This document shows positions 20,971 to 32,154 of a DNA stretch of 63,742 nucleotides, one piece after another. Position numbers and translations under genes: made by a program. The notes under the pieces are model-generated. The model did not search any database. It was given only the letters and a program-made list of their open reading frames with translations, and was not told the DNA's origin. This stretch comes from Thermodesulfobacteriota bacterium (GTDB taxonomy: Bacteria > Desulfobacterota > Desulfobacteria > Desulfobacterales > C00003060), in NCBI GenBank assembly GCA_034189385.1, contig JAXHVD010000024.1:1-63742 (forward strand), written 5' to 3'. Position 1 is the stretch's first letter, and every line of letters begins with the position of its first letter.

Positions 20971-22704
20971 CTACGTGCTCGGCTCAATCTTCAACACCTT
21001 GATCCTGTTTTTCCCTAAAAAGCTGCAAAGGCTTGGATCAACAGAGGCCTGCGTCAGTAATACCATCTCGTCAACGTCTGATACGAGCACTCCCGGGATG
21101 GTCAAGGAGCTGGTTTTTGACACCATTCGGTTTGCTGCAAGGAGGACCGGGTTCTCAGTGTAGGCAATCCCTGTCATGGCCAGGATGCTTTTGGTGATGG
21201 TCATAAAATCTTCGCCAGGTCTAATGGAAAGCACTTGAACGCCCATGGCCTCTACGGCCGACTTTGTCTCACCATAAAAGGTCCCAAGATCGACCACCAG
21301 ATCCAAGCCCCTTCCGCCATAGATGAGACTTGCCGTTGTGTTCACCTGAAACCCTGCGTAGTCAAAAGATATTGGCACACTCGGCTCATAAGCATATCCC
21401 AGTGCTTGGGCAAATCCGCACAAAAATGGCTCCTGTCCTGATCCGTCTATAGCCTCCATGGAACAGGGTTTCGAGGGGACTTCCAGAGACGCCCGGGTTC
21501 TTTCTTCCCCCCCTGCCGCAGACAGGATGTCTACAACCTGGATATTTCTTTGCGCCAGATAGGCCACGACGGACGGTGACGTATACTCTTCAACACTTTC
21601 TATCAAGGTGATGCACTTGTATGTGTCTTCGCCCGTCTTGCTGGCATCTTTTGGAAGAATCCAATCCCCTCGTACGATGACTTGGATCCCCTTATCCGGC
21701 GCAGGAAGGCGGATGGCTTTCTGCACCTCTTTGTCCCATACGGCATGAACGACCCTGTCCGCCACTGCCGCCATCGTGGCTCGTGGGTCTGCGGGAACAA
21801 CCACCAGGCCTTTCCAATAGGCATGGATGGCCCTTTCCATATTCGCTGGAAGGTCTTGGCTAGTCTCCAGGATGATGTGTCGTCCGTCCTGCGTTTCTAT
21901 GACCGGGAAGGTTTCAAGGTCCAGTCTGAGGTCCTTTTCACCCTTTACAGGGAAATAGCAGTGCCCCGAGGCCAAGAACTTGCCTCCCAGGTGCCTCACG
22001 GTTTCTGATATCACGTGGTGCAACCGCCCAATCTCCTCTTGAGACGGTGGCCTTTCCGCCGAAGGGGAAAGGGTCGTGGCCCCGGCAGGGCTCTTTGTGG
22101 AGGGAGGAGGGGCGGCAATGGGAGGTTCAGACGCACCTTCTGCCACAAGTTCTGGTATCCGTAGGGTCTGACCCGGGTAAATCAGGGCCATATCTTTGAT
22201 GGCGGGATTCAGTCGTCGGAAAGTGCGAAGATAGTCTTTACGGATCTCACGCCAGCCCATCTTCAGATGGGTCATCAGGATCCGTGAGACAGAATCGCCC
22301 GAACGGACCTTCCGATCCTTGTAAAGGACATCCGGTATCATGGGAATAGTGACGTAGCGTTGGCCCTCCTGAGGCGGCTCTTTTGGGGGCTCCATCTGTT
22401 TCAAGGGGATCAGGAGTTCCTGGCCGGGGTAGATCTTGTCTACGTTTTCTACATGGGGGTTGAGGCCCTTTAAGATGTTCACAAATCTTGGAAAATCACG
22501 TTCTGCAATGAGCCCCTTTTGGCGGAGTATTTGCCAGATATGGTCATCCTTCTGAACCGTGTAAAGGTCACACAAGACGTCCTGACCCTCATAGGTATGA
22601 AGGGTGTATATTTTGTACGCCGTTGACCCTCGAGCAGGGGGCGACCAGGATAGGGCCAGAATGACTATTGGGACGACTTGCCACGCGATTTTGCTCAGCC
22701 TCAT
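20971..22704 (-). CDS. Secreted protein with two LysM domains
   Basis: Signal peptide; YTVQKDDHIWQIL...LNPHVENVDKIYPGQEL and KVRSGDSVSRIL...LNPAIKDMALIYPGQTLRIP; Pro-rich linker. Confidence 0.85.
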   Translation of the reverse strand: MRLSKIAWQVVPIVILALSWSPPARGSTAYKIYTLHTYEGQDVLCDLYTVQKDDHIWQILRQKGLIAERDFPRFVNILKGLNPHVENVDKIYPGQELLIPLKQMEPPKEPPQEGQRYVTIPMIPDVLYKDRKVRSGDSVSRILMTHLKMGWREIRKDYLRTFRRLNPAIKDMALIYPGQTLRIPELVAEGASEPPIAAPPPSTKSPAGATTLSPSAERPPSQEEIGRLHHVISETVRHLGGKFLASGHCYFPVKGEKDLRLDLETFPVIETQDGRHIILETSQDLPANMERAIHAYWKGLVVVPADPRATMAAVADRVVHAVWDKEVQKAIRLPAPDKGIQVIVRGDWILPKDASKTGEDTYKCITLIESVEEYTSPSVVAYLAQRNIQVVDILSAAGGEERTRASLEVPSKPCSMEAIDGSGQEPFLCGFAQALGYAYEPSVPISFDYAGFQVNTTASLIYGGRGLDLVVDLGTFYGETKSAVEAMGVQVLSIRPGEDFMTITKSILAMTGIAYTENPVLLAANRMVSKTSSLTIPGVLVSDVDEMVLLTQASVDPSLCSFLGKNRIKVLKIEPST

Positions 22705-22850
22705 ATCAAGAACCCTTCCAATGGGTTTGGTTTTTGACTAGATCCCTACTGGGACGCTCCTTTGCTGGGGTTGTTCTAACCATATTGGGTTTCTTTGTCA
22801 AAACAAATGTCGGTGCCGACCTCGTGCGGTGATGCCGCAATGGCTTCATA

Positions 22851-22944
22851 GTCATGCCGGACTTTCTTGATCCGGCATCCAGTCCTTCTCCTGGATTCCC
22901 CGGTCCCCGGATCAAAGTCCGGGGCAGGCAAGGCGGGGAATGAC
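22851..22944. repeat. REP/RPE-like stacked palindrome
   Basis: gtcatgccggact..tgatccggcatccag...ctggattcccc...ggggaatgac, multiple GC hairpins. Confidence 0.7.
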
Positions 22945-23036
22945 CACCTTGGGCTTTTTCTCGTCAGGGTCGCACCATTGTGAAGAAATCGCAGAGACGC
23001 AGTGAGCCCCTTCCTGCCGCCCCAAGTTTTCCTTTC

Positions 23037-24404
23037 TCACTTTAGATAGAGCTTCTTCTCCCTTTCCACCACATCAATAATGTCGTAGATGATGGTCGGC
23101 ATTTTCCGCAGCACCCGCTCCCAGGACACGGTTTGAGGGGTTTCAAAGACCTGGTCTCTCGCCTTTTGGGCTGTTTGGGAAATGGCCTGCAACAGACCAG
23201 AGGAGAGGAAGGGTTCAAAGGCCTCGTGGCTTCCCACAAAAGAGGTGAATCTATCCACCAGACGATAGGGGGAAATGAGCAGATCACCGGCATGAAGGAT
23301 AGCGTTCTTTACCACGCCGTGGACAACGGCCTCTTCCTCATTGGTATCATAATCTAGACCGGAAAAGGCAGCGTTATCAGCATACATCTTGATGAGGTTG
23401 TCTGCCACATTCAAATAGGTCACCGTCAGATCGCGTATGAAATGATCTGAAATCTCAACGCCTTCTTCAACGACTAGGGCCGTCAGCAGGGTTGTGACGA
23501 TGTCCACCGCCATCTTGTGGAGCCCCTTTTCTTGGTCTGCCTGCGATACCTTTTGGTGCTTGTGATCAAAGGGCTCGTAAGAGATCTCCACTTGGGCGGC
23601 AGTCGTGGCCTTCCGATAGACCTCAATGAGTGTGAAGATCTCCACGCCCCAATTCATGGCAAAGTGCATACGTTTGAGCAGGCTGGTATCAAAGATCACC
23701 TCGCCTGAGAGCTGATAGTTGAAATTTAGGAGAAAATCGATCAACCGTAGGATCTTTTCATCCTTTGTGTCTGTGAATTTCCGTTTTAAGGCGATGAGCA
23801 GGGGGTCCAGCAGGAGCCTTTTGACCCGGCCGTACATCTTTCCGTTGTGTAGTCGTGCGTAAAAGGCTTTGGAGAATTGGTAGTTTAGGGCCAGAACAGG
23901 ATAGAAAAGCCGGTCCAGTTGCTCCCGCCGAAAGGTGCGGATATCTGCATCGATAAGTCCCACGCTCTGGGCACCAAGGGCGATGGCGATTCCAAAAGAG
24001 AGAAAGATGTTTCTGCCCTTCCCACGCATGTCAAGGGCAAACCCTGCCTCGGAGAGCTTCTCATAAATGGCCGAGAAACCAGGACCGTCATTGTGTTGAA
24101 TGAGGCAGTTTTTCAGCTCATACCGATCAAGGAGACGTGTCAGTTCCCGGACATCTTCTGCCTTGGCCTGATCCAAACCGAAAATGATGCGAGACAGGTA
24201 GGAGGCAGAGCGGAGCTGCTTAAGGATGTTTTCAAAGACAGGACGATTCTCCCTGTTCGTATACTCCGATGCCAACAGGGGGACAATGAGCACGGCCTTT
24301 TTCCATTTTGACTGATGGCGGAGTTCTGCTTTTAAGGTAGGGTTGGATTTTGAAAGGAGATAAAAGGTCGTAATCTTAGTATGTTTCTGGGCAAAATTGG
24401 ACAT
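23037..24404 (-). CDS. Glucosyl-3-phosphoglycerate synthase-like GT-A glycosyltransferase
   Basis: GKGRNIF, DAD motif (GLIDADI), KAFYAR...YGRVKRL, NWGVEI, FDHKHQ. Confidence 0.8.
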   Translation of the reverse strand: MSNFAQKHTKITTFYLLSKSNPTLKAELRHQSKWKKAVLIVPLLASEYTNRENRPVFENILKQLRSASYLSRIIFGLDQAKAEDVRELTRLLDRYELKNCLIQHNDGPGFSAIYEKLSEAGFALDMRGKGRNIFLSFGIAIALGAQSVGLIDADIRTFRREQLDRLFYPVLALNYQFSKAFYARLHNGKMYGRVKRLLLDPLLIALKRKFTDTKDEKILRLIDFLLNFNYQLSGEVIFDTSLLKRMHFAMNWGVEIFTLIEVYRKATTAAQVEISYEPFDHKHQKVSQADQEKGLHKMAVDIVTTLLTALVVEEGVEISDHFIRDLTVTYLNVADNLIKMYADNAAFSGLDYDTNEEEAVVHGVVKNAILHAGDLLISPYRLVDRFTSFVGSHEAFEPFLSSGLLQAISQTAQKARDQVFETPQTVSWERVLRKMPTIIYDIIDVVEREKKLYLK

Positions 24405-24648
24405 AAATGATCTCCTGTCTGAGGCCCGTGTGTTCGGGTAACGCCTAGCATGAAAGCAGATGTTTGGTCAAGGGGGCGCAGGGAGGCGAGTATGACGTGG
24501 CTGGAGTAAGGCCCTAGCATTTCTAAAAGAATATCAGGATGTACGGACCAAAAAGGCTCCAACTGCCCACAGATATGACGGCCTTGACGGTAGAGGATCC
24601 AATTCCCCGGCCAAAGGGTCTCCTATGTGGGGCATTTCAGGGGCAAAA

Positions 24649-24677
24649 TCTCCCTGTCCCGATGAGGGGACAGGGAG
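24649..24677 (-). terminator. Hairpin/terminator downstream of pilY1
   Basis: ctccctgtccc-gatgag-gggacagggag, followed by ATTTT on the minus strand. Confidence 0.65.
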
Positions 24678-24758
24678 GTTACATCGCTGAAGCTGATGCC
24701 GTGGCCGCCCAGTGAAAAGTGCAGATAGACGAGTGCACGGCCGGACCGTGAGAACGGC

Positions 24759-27700
24759 CTAGTATACGTGGGGGTCGCTTTTTTCACTCAAGGAGTTAAA
24801 CCCCTCCCGCCACGAAAGCTTTCCGCTCTTTGTTACCCCTGGATTCACCTGCTCTATATCAATAATGGCTCCAGTGCTGGTCTGAACATAGGCCACGGAG
24901 CCTGCTTCACTGCCGGTGTGGAGATTTGGCGTTGTGGTATACCCTTTCCCAGCATAGACCTTTGGCAGGACGAAGCCGCTTCCGCCGTCCCTACCGGTCC
25001 AGTTGTTCTCCGCCGTCAACAAGGCCCCTTCCACATAGGCGGTGCCCGTTTTGTAGTAAAGGCCGTAGAGGTAACTAAACCCTTCGGAAGTACACAGATC
25101 GTTACTGGGAAGGTAGGTGGTAAAGGAAACGAGATGTCCCAAGACCGCCGCCTGCCCTAAGTTCCGCTCTCCGGTCTCGCTGTAATTGAGATACCAGCCG
25201 TCTTTGGCCCTCACCTCTTCTTCAAGGTCGGAAAAGTCGATTTTCCCGTCGCCGTTTTGGTCCATGACGGCCGGGCTTCCCCCAAGGATGGTCTCGTAAT
25301 CGTAAATCCGGATACCGGTCACGTTTCTCAGGGTGGATTCTTTTGCGCCCACCGTCCCATAGGTCATCTCATTGTTGAGATCCACCGGCTCTTTAATACC
25401 GTAATAGGCATTTTGATGGCTGAAATAGGGCTCTTCTCGATCCAGCCTGCCCCAGAGGCGGCCCGTGCCGAAATATAGCCAGATTCTGCCTTCATCATCC
25501 TTGGCCACCGACAAGGCGGTGTTGATGTGCTGGTGGTCCGCCCCTGTGGTGTTGGGATTGAAGAAAAGGGCTTTCGTCCAGAGGTTAGGATCTATCAGAG
25601 GGTTCCCGGTGTTATCTGTGGTCTTTATCCTAAAGACCCGGCCCTCCGCTCAGGCCCCGCAGCCGTCTGTCCCCACATAAATCGCTTCACCGCTCCAGGA
25701 CACTGCATCGCCAGGTCCTGGCTCAGGCGGGTCTGTGGTCAAGTCGAAATCGACTGCAACGGGATCGGATGCAAAGCTGTGGCCATCGAGGAGGAATTCC
25801 CTTTCCAGGCTCCCCGTCTTGGCATTCAAGACGTACAGACTGGACGTGCGGTTGCTGCCGCCCCAATTGGTCATGTGGATACCGTCATCTTTTCGGGTGG
25901 CCTCGTAATCGACCGGACCGGAGCCGATGACCACAAACCATGCGTTGCCCACGCGGATGGGGGTGGGGTTCGCCGTGGTAAAACCGAGGTTATCGTCGGT
26001 GAAGGTCCACAACAAGTCGGGAGGATGTTCCGGGTTGGTGATGTCTAGGGCAAAATAGGTGGACGTAAATTCAAGGTCGCACAGGCCGTCATGGTCTACA
26101 TCTACACCAATAGGGGCGCCGCCCAGGCGCATCCCACCAATCAGGACGGTGCCCCAGCCCTCTGGATGATCACTATCTGCCGAAAAGATCTTCGCATCAA
26201 AAATCCGGGGTTTCAAGTCCACAAAATAGACGTGGGTGTTTGCGCCCGTCAGTTCCTTGAGCCATTTCAAATGGGGAAGGATCGCATTCGGGACGTAGGC
26301 CCAGAGTTCGGTCCCCAATTCAAATGGTGTCTCCCCATCCATCTGTTTTACAAAGGCATGGTTTGCCTTGTCATAGAAGCCTCCATTGAAGGCATGGAGC
26401 ATCCCGTCATTAGCCCCTGCATAGACCACGATCCTGCGTTTTAGATACTGTTTCCTGAAGAGCTGATAAGAACGGTCCCTGTAAAGCATGTCATAGGCCT
26501 CCACAGGCTGGGAAACCACCGTGGGGGTGGAGTGGATAATGTCTCCCATCCGAAGAACCGTATCACCAGTGCCGTTGTCATCCATATCGAGGGTGCGATT
26601 TCTGTAGGGGATGTTCGAGCCCGTTTCCGCCAGGCCTTCCTGGCCCCGCACGAACTGAATGATGTTTTGAGCCTCTGTGATCATCTCCTCTTCCGTGAGG
26701 GCCACATGAGGCGTTCCAGGGTCGCCGTCGGAGTCATAGGTGAGGTAGGGGTTCAGGAAGAAATAGTTATCGTTCGCCAGGTCGTTTACAAAACCAGGGG
26801 TAAAGGGCATGATATCGCCGCCATACACGTTGGCCATGGATACCGGAGAGGTGGTATCGATCTTGTTGGTGAAGATGTACCGCTTCTGATCCAATGCCCC
26901 ATAGGTCCTCTGGCTGAGGACATCCATGTTCGGGTCAGAAAGCCAAGAGGTGGAGTCCCAGATGTATTTGAGGCCCATGATACCTACATCTTGTTCAGAA
27001 ACAGTCTTCTCTCCGGTGTCCGGATCATAGGTATACAGTTTTGCCAATGCCGTATCTCCGTCAAACTCAATGATGCGGTCCACACCGCGATCAAGCATGG
27101 CATTGCCATTGGTGTCTTCGCGCATACGGCCCTCCTCGTCAACAAAGAGGGCATGGACCTCACCAAACCAATTTACGGCGTCTCCGGACAGGTCGTAAAC
27201 CACAGGAAAGAATATGGCCTGATAGATGGCTCCTTCTCCTGCGCGGGATGCTGAGATGACAGATGCGGCAGAACCGGCCGCAGCACCGGCCCTGATATTA
27301 CTGAATACCCTCCTCAGCGTGTCTTCCAAATCCCCGGGATCAGCCGGGTTGTAAAGGGAGGTTCCTCCATTTTGGGCTGCACTGGCTAAGAGAATATCAG
27401 GGCTACACTCATCACCGCTTCCCGTGGAACGCAGGCTGCCGGCGGCCACGATGTGGGTGGTGATTTTTAGCTTGTCCTCGCCATCCATCTGTTCATTACC
27501 TACAGGATAGATGTCGCCGTTGTGGGCAAAATAGGTAAGATCGTCCAGAGAAGTGCTGCCGTCCAAGGAGCCGCAAAGGTTGCTGTCTCCGGCATCACCG
27601 TCATTCTTGCCAGCCTGCCCGATAAAGGCGGCCACCGTGGAATTGAGGTCTGCCGTTGAAGCGCCTTCAGTGATGATAAGGACATTGTTGCCTTGACACC

Positions 27701-29807
27701 AATATTGAATGGGGTCTGGATGGTCCGCATCCATGATGAAGTCATCAGCATCCAGCTTAAGAGCACTATTTTGCGTGTAATACCCTATGGCGGTGTACAT
27801 GGCCTCAGCCAGAGGGGTCCAGCAGGTGGCTTTGATGTCGTTTATGGCCGAGGCCAGATCGTCTGTGTGGACCTCGCCCTCGTCTATATAGGCAACGATC
27901 CTTCCGCCGTCTCGATTCTCCGAATCTGCGCAGTTGTAAAGGATCTGGGGGTCCGATTGATCACACTCGCTCTTGGAACCGTAGTCATTAAAGATCATGG
28001 CGCCGATGCGCAGGTCCTCGGAGAACTCATGAATCAGACCTGTGGGGGGATTCTCATGCTGGATGTACCCCTTGAGCACGGCTAAGGGCTCCCCCTGCTG
28101 GGCGGCCATGCCAGAGTCTATGAGTACGGCAGGGATGTTCCAGAACTCTCCGGTTTCACCTGCCTGGTCGCTTGGGTCAATGACCTCTGGGATCTCAAGC
28201 AACCCGCAATATTCCTGAAGGGCCGCCTCGATGCACGCATCCACACTGGCGTATCCGGCAGCATCCCAGCCTGCACCGATCCCGCCGGAGCACTCCCACT
28301 TCTTGCAACATTCAGGATCAGGCGCCACATGAGGCAGGCATTTGTTGGGGTTCCACCATTGCGTGCAGACACAGGTCGCATCCTCCCCCGGGTTCCAACA
28401 GCGGCCCACATAGCCGAAGGGGTTCGGGTTCGGCGCCGTATCCATGTCATCATCATAGATTCCAAAGCACACGTAACCCCGATCGTCCGTGGTGATATCC
28501 CACGGGTCTGTACCCCAATCTGTGTATATCTTCTCGCAGGAGTTGGCTACGCTACTGACCGGCCCTGCGCCTGGGGGCCATATGCCGTGCTTTGCCTGAT
28601 ACCAGCAGTTGTGAATGCCGTGGTTGAAGGCGGCGTGGGAGTCTGCCTCTTTGGTTTGGCCCCCTCCTGATTCATACCCCATACAGCCATCGATGTATTG
28701 CTTTAACGCGCCCTGGTTGGGAGAGGCCTTCTGAAGCTCTTCGATGGCCAGCTCACAGTCGCTGTGGTCAAAGCCTTGCTCGGTGACGGGAAATACCTCA
28801 ATGTAGGTCACATTGTAGCTCACCCAGTCCGTTATGCCGATGTCATCGGCCACACCGGTGCCGTTCGCGGTGCCGCCCGTGGCCGTAATGTACATGTTGC
28901 CCCCATCACTGACGATGCTGTTGGCCGGATAGACCGCTCCATCGGTCCATCGGCTAAGGGTGTAGGGGACCCAGTCGGTGACACCCGTGTCATCGGCCAC
29001 GCCGGTCCCGTTTGAGGTGCCGCCCGCGGCCGTGATAAAGTGTTCTAGACTATCTGAAACCACACTGCCGGCAGGATAGTAGGTGTTGTTTTTCCACACC
29101 GGGAAGGTTTGTTCCTCAGGCGGTCGTATGCCCAGGGTCAGGTAGTAGAGCGTGCCGGCGCCGGTATATACGTCCACTTGTTTGACAAGGATCTTTCCCA
29201 GGCAGCCCCTTGATTCCATCACGATCCGGCCGTTTGGGGCACCATAGGTGCCGGCTTCTTCATACTTGCCTCCGGTGAGGATCTTTTTCTGGATGTCCAG
29301 CTTTGAGGCCGTGGCCCAGTTAAGGAAATTGCCCTTTGTGAAAAAGGCGGTTACCGTATCTCCATCCACCTTGATATAGATATCAGTCTGACTATACGCC
29401 GTGCCCGCAGGGTTGGTCCATTCAGCCGGCGTGGCAGTGGTGGCCCAGTCCTGTGTTCTTTCCTCAAATTGTCCATTTGCCTGATTGTAGTAATACCAGT
29501 AGTCCCGATCAAAATACCCGGCATAGAAGTTGGCCGTGTCATAGGTGTCATCGTAGCAATAGCTCTGGTCGTCCACATAGGCGAGATCGTACATGCTGCC
29601 CGAATTATCGAGCATCAAAAGGAGATTTGCCTTGACGCTGCCCCCCAAAAAGGGTGGAAGGGCCAGGTAATCTCCCATGCTATAGCTACAATCGGCCCTG
29701 GCAAAGAGGGGGCAAAGGAGGGCCCACCATGAAACAATGAGCAAGCAGACGACAGCTTTTTTGTGTTTGCCCTTTCCCATGGACATGGCGTGTGTTAGGG
29801 TCTTCAT
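24759..29807 (-). CDS. pilY1: PilY1/PilC pilus tip adhesin; one 1682-codon frame with an internal TGA at 25650-25652 (Sec candidate or nonsense mutation)
   Basis: vWA-like LLLMLDNSGSM; propeller motifs MGDIIHSTP, YAGANDGMLHAFNGG, ELWAYVP, WGTVLIGGMRLGG, WLYFGTGR, GWYLN. The 1385-aa and 251-aa ORFs are in the same frame and joined by stop-free AEGRVFRIKTT...HINTALSVA. Confidence 0.9.
25620..25638 (-). promoter_or_regulatory. Candidate bacterial SECIS hairpin GGTCTTTA-GGA-TAAAGACC
   Basis: Perfect 8-bp stem starting 11 nt after the in-frame TGA, with a loop beginning with G. Confidence 0.55.
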
Positions 29808-29971
29808 CGTAGGTCTCCTTTATCGCTCGTTCTTTTTTGTATACTGCCAGAATACATCTATTGAGGTTCCTTCTCTTTAAGCCGTGGAGAGCCAACGGCA
29901 TCCGCTAGGAACGTTCTGTCTGAGGCATTGTTGATTGGGCACCAGCTAGAGCCCTCAGGCAATCCATGGGC

Positions 29972-30619
29972 CTACATGACATGTCTCCAGCGCAGCCTTA
30001 TCCTGCCCACGGCATCTCCCTGTCCAAAATGATCGGCAAAGATGTCATAGACCATTTGCGCGCCACCTCCTGCCGATGATTTGCCTTTGCCCTCATAGCC
30101 TGCCGCCATCTGGATGGCGCCGCCTGTTGACAAGTGGGAGTTCGCGCCGATATGTAACCAAGTGTTATTGACTAACCTTTCATCTGTTTCGTCGGTGAAG
30201 CCATCACCGTCGTTGTCGCCACCATCCATGCCCTCGTCGGCCAGAGCGGAGTTCACGTTGCCTTTTGGGAATAGGAAACATGCATCAGGGTTGCCCAAGT
30301 TGTCCGGGTCGGGAACAGTATTGAGATATAGCGTCGGTGACGGTCCGCCTACAGCTCCTACGTTAAAAATTCCCTCTGTATTTGCATCGAAACCAGTCTC
30401 TTCAATGTTCTGTTCAACAAGTTCGATGCCGACCTCCGTTCCTCCCTCAGCAGCAAAGAAGGCTATCTTCTGCCACTTGTTATTGCCGGTGATATGGGTC
30501 TCTATGTTACTCGTTGTAGTGGCGGCAATCCCCACGATAGTAAGGAGCACCAACACCAGTAAGCTAATAAGGGCCACGGCCCCTTTTTCGTTTTGTACTG
30601 CTTGAGCTAGTGTCGCCAT
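29972..30619 (-). CDS. pilX: Minor pilin PilX
   Basis: NEKGAVALISLLVLVLLTIVGIAA...AFFAAEGG (PilX N-terminus lacking Glu5); operon order. Confidence 0.85.
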   Translation of the reverse strand: MATLAQAVQNEKGAVALISLLVLVLLTIVGIAATTTSNIETHITGNNKWQKIAFFAAEGGTEVGIELVEQNIEETGFDANTEGIFNVGAVGGPSPTLYLNTVPDPDNLGNPDACFLFPKGNVNSALADEGMDGGDNDGDGFTDETDERLVNNTWLHIGANSHLSTGGAIQMAAGYEGKGKSSAGGGAQMVYDIFADHFGQGDAVGRIRLRWRHVM

Positions 30620-30628
30620 CTTGCCCCC

Positions 30629-31111
30629 TTAGATGATTCTGGCCTTGTTGTACTCAACAGACACGCTCCGCCGAACTCCCTCGCCTGCCCATGTGACAAT
30701 CACCGAAATGGTCTTGGTGTTGGTGATCGGGTAATCCTCGGCAACATTCCAATAGAGATTGTACGTCTGAGCAACTCCACCCTGCCGAATGGGATTTTTT
30801 GGATGACGTTCATCTGGCTCTTTTTGTTTCGCCGGATCTGGCTCATCAGGATTGTTCTCGAGGCCGGCTGTCCCAGTATCTACACCGTCACCGTCGGTCA
30901 AGCGCACATCGTCATAATCCCAGAACATCATCTCTTCGATCTGTCTTTGAGCCAATGCCGTTGCTTCGGTCAACTCTCTGGCATACTTGTTGGCCGCAAC
31001 AGACCTCATCTGCATCGTCCCAACGGCAAAGACGCCGATACTGAAGACGACAATGGCCAACATCACCTCCATCAGCGTGAAACCCTTCTGACTCTTTTTC
31101 ATCTCCATCAT
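30629..31111 (-). CDS. pilV: Minor pilin PilV
   Basis: KG-FTLMEVMLAIVVFSIGV; TKTISVIVTW. Confidence 0.85.
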   Translation of the reverse strand: MMEMKKSQKGFTLMEVMLAIVVFSIGVFAVGTMQMRSVAANKYARELTEATALAQRQIEEMMFWDYDDVRLTDGDGVDTGTAGLENNPDEPDPAKQKEPDERHPKNPIRQGGVAQTYNLYWNVAEDYPITNTKTISVIVTWAGEGVRRSVSVEYNKARII

Positions 31112-32145
31112 ATCCCCATGTTCCTACATTTTATCTCTGTCTCTGAAAGCCGCATACGACGAAGATGCACACGATAATTAGGAGAAGCGGGCATTCCCTT
31201 TTCAGGGTGAGTGGATGGGGTAATGACCTGATTGCCAACGACATACGTATGGTTGTTTACGAACTTGCGATCCATCCTGGCCGATCTGACGAGCATCCAA
31301 ATGCGAACTTGGCGGATATCGTCTACAGGCACGTCCGCGATGGCATTTCCATCAAAGTCAACCAGTGCTTGACCGGCTATAATACCGTTGGTACCTTCGC
31401 CAGGCCCGTCCTGGGCATCAATATCGCTATCGCCATCGGTATCCAGGTTTGTGTCCAGATCATTGTCGCCATCTGAATCAATGGCCCAGATAACCACTTC
31501 ATTCCCCCCCGCATTATAGGTGTCCAGATCACCGTCTCCGTTTGCATCAAAGGCATAGGCAAACCCAATGGCTTGTACGTTTTCAGCGACAAACTCTTCT
31601 TCCGGAAAGGCCGGATCTGCTGGCGCAATGGTCGCATCTTGCCTTCTGAGATCATTGTCATTATCGCCGTCTATATCGAAGAGGGAATAGGTGATGTCTT
31701 CATTGATGTCATCTAGGACGCCGTCACCGAATCGGAATTCGTTCCCTTCGTCTGCTTCGTCGGTGAAGCCATCACCGTCGTTATCAATGCCATCGGTGTC
31801 CTCGTCCACAATGCCGTCTTCGTCATTGTCGATACCGTCATTTTCACCACCGGCTGTATCCGTAGCAAACCTGATAGAGTTGGGGGCCGCAGTCTGAATC
31901 CCCGCCCCTGCCAGGCCGGTCTCATCGTAACCGGCCATCCGGATTTCTCTTTCCATGAAATACATGGCGGCCCTAAGGTTTTGCTGCATGACAGCCACCT
32001 GTTCTTGGTTTACATATGATACCTGCTGGGCCTTGTACGCCATGAAGATCGCACTTGCGACAATGCTGGATATAGCCATGGCCACCAGAATCTCAATCAA
32101 TGTGAAGCCATTGGTCTTCAGGCCTATGAGTCCCTTCTGTTTCAT
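31108..32145 (-). CDS. pilW: Minor pilin PilW with acidic DxDxDG repeats
   Basis: NG-FTLIEILVAMAI; MQQNLRAAMYFMEREIRMAGY; IRQVRIWML; RNMG. Confidence 0.85.
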   Translation of the reverse strand: MKQKGLIGLKTNGFTLIEILVAMAISSIVASAIFMAYKAQQVSYVNQEQVAVMQQNLRAAMYFMEREIRMAGYDETGLAGAGIQTAAPNSIRFATDTAGGENDGIDNDEDGIVDEDTDGIDNDGDGFTDEADEGNEFRFGDGVLDDINEDITYSLFDIDGDNDNDLRRQDATIAPADPAFPEEEFVAENVQAIGFAYAFDANGDGDLDTYNAGGNEVVIWAIDSDGDNDLDTNLDTDGDSDIDAQDGPGEGTNGIIAGQALVDFDGNAIADVPVDDIRQVRIWMLVRSARMDRKFVNNHTYVVGNQVITPSTHPEKGMPASPNYRVHLRRMRLSETEIKCRNMGI

Positions 32146-32154
32146 CGCCTTGTG

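Noticed and set aside
24759..25514. 251-aa ORF as an independent gene
   Set aside because: In frame with and continuous with pilY1; encodes the remaining propeller blades; TTG start without a clear RBS.
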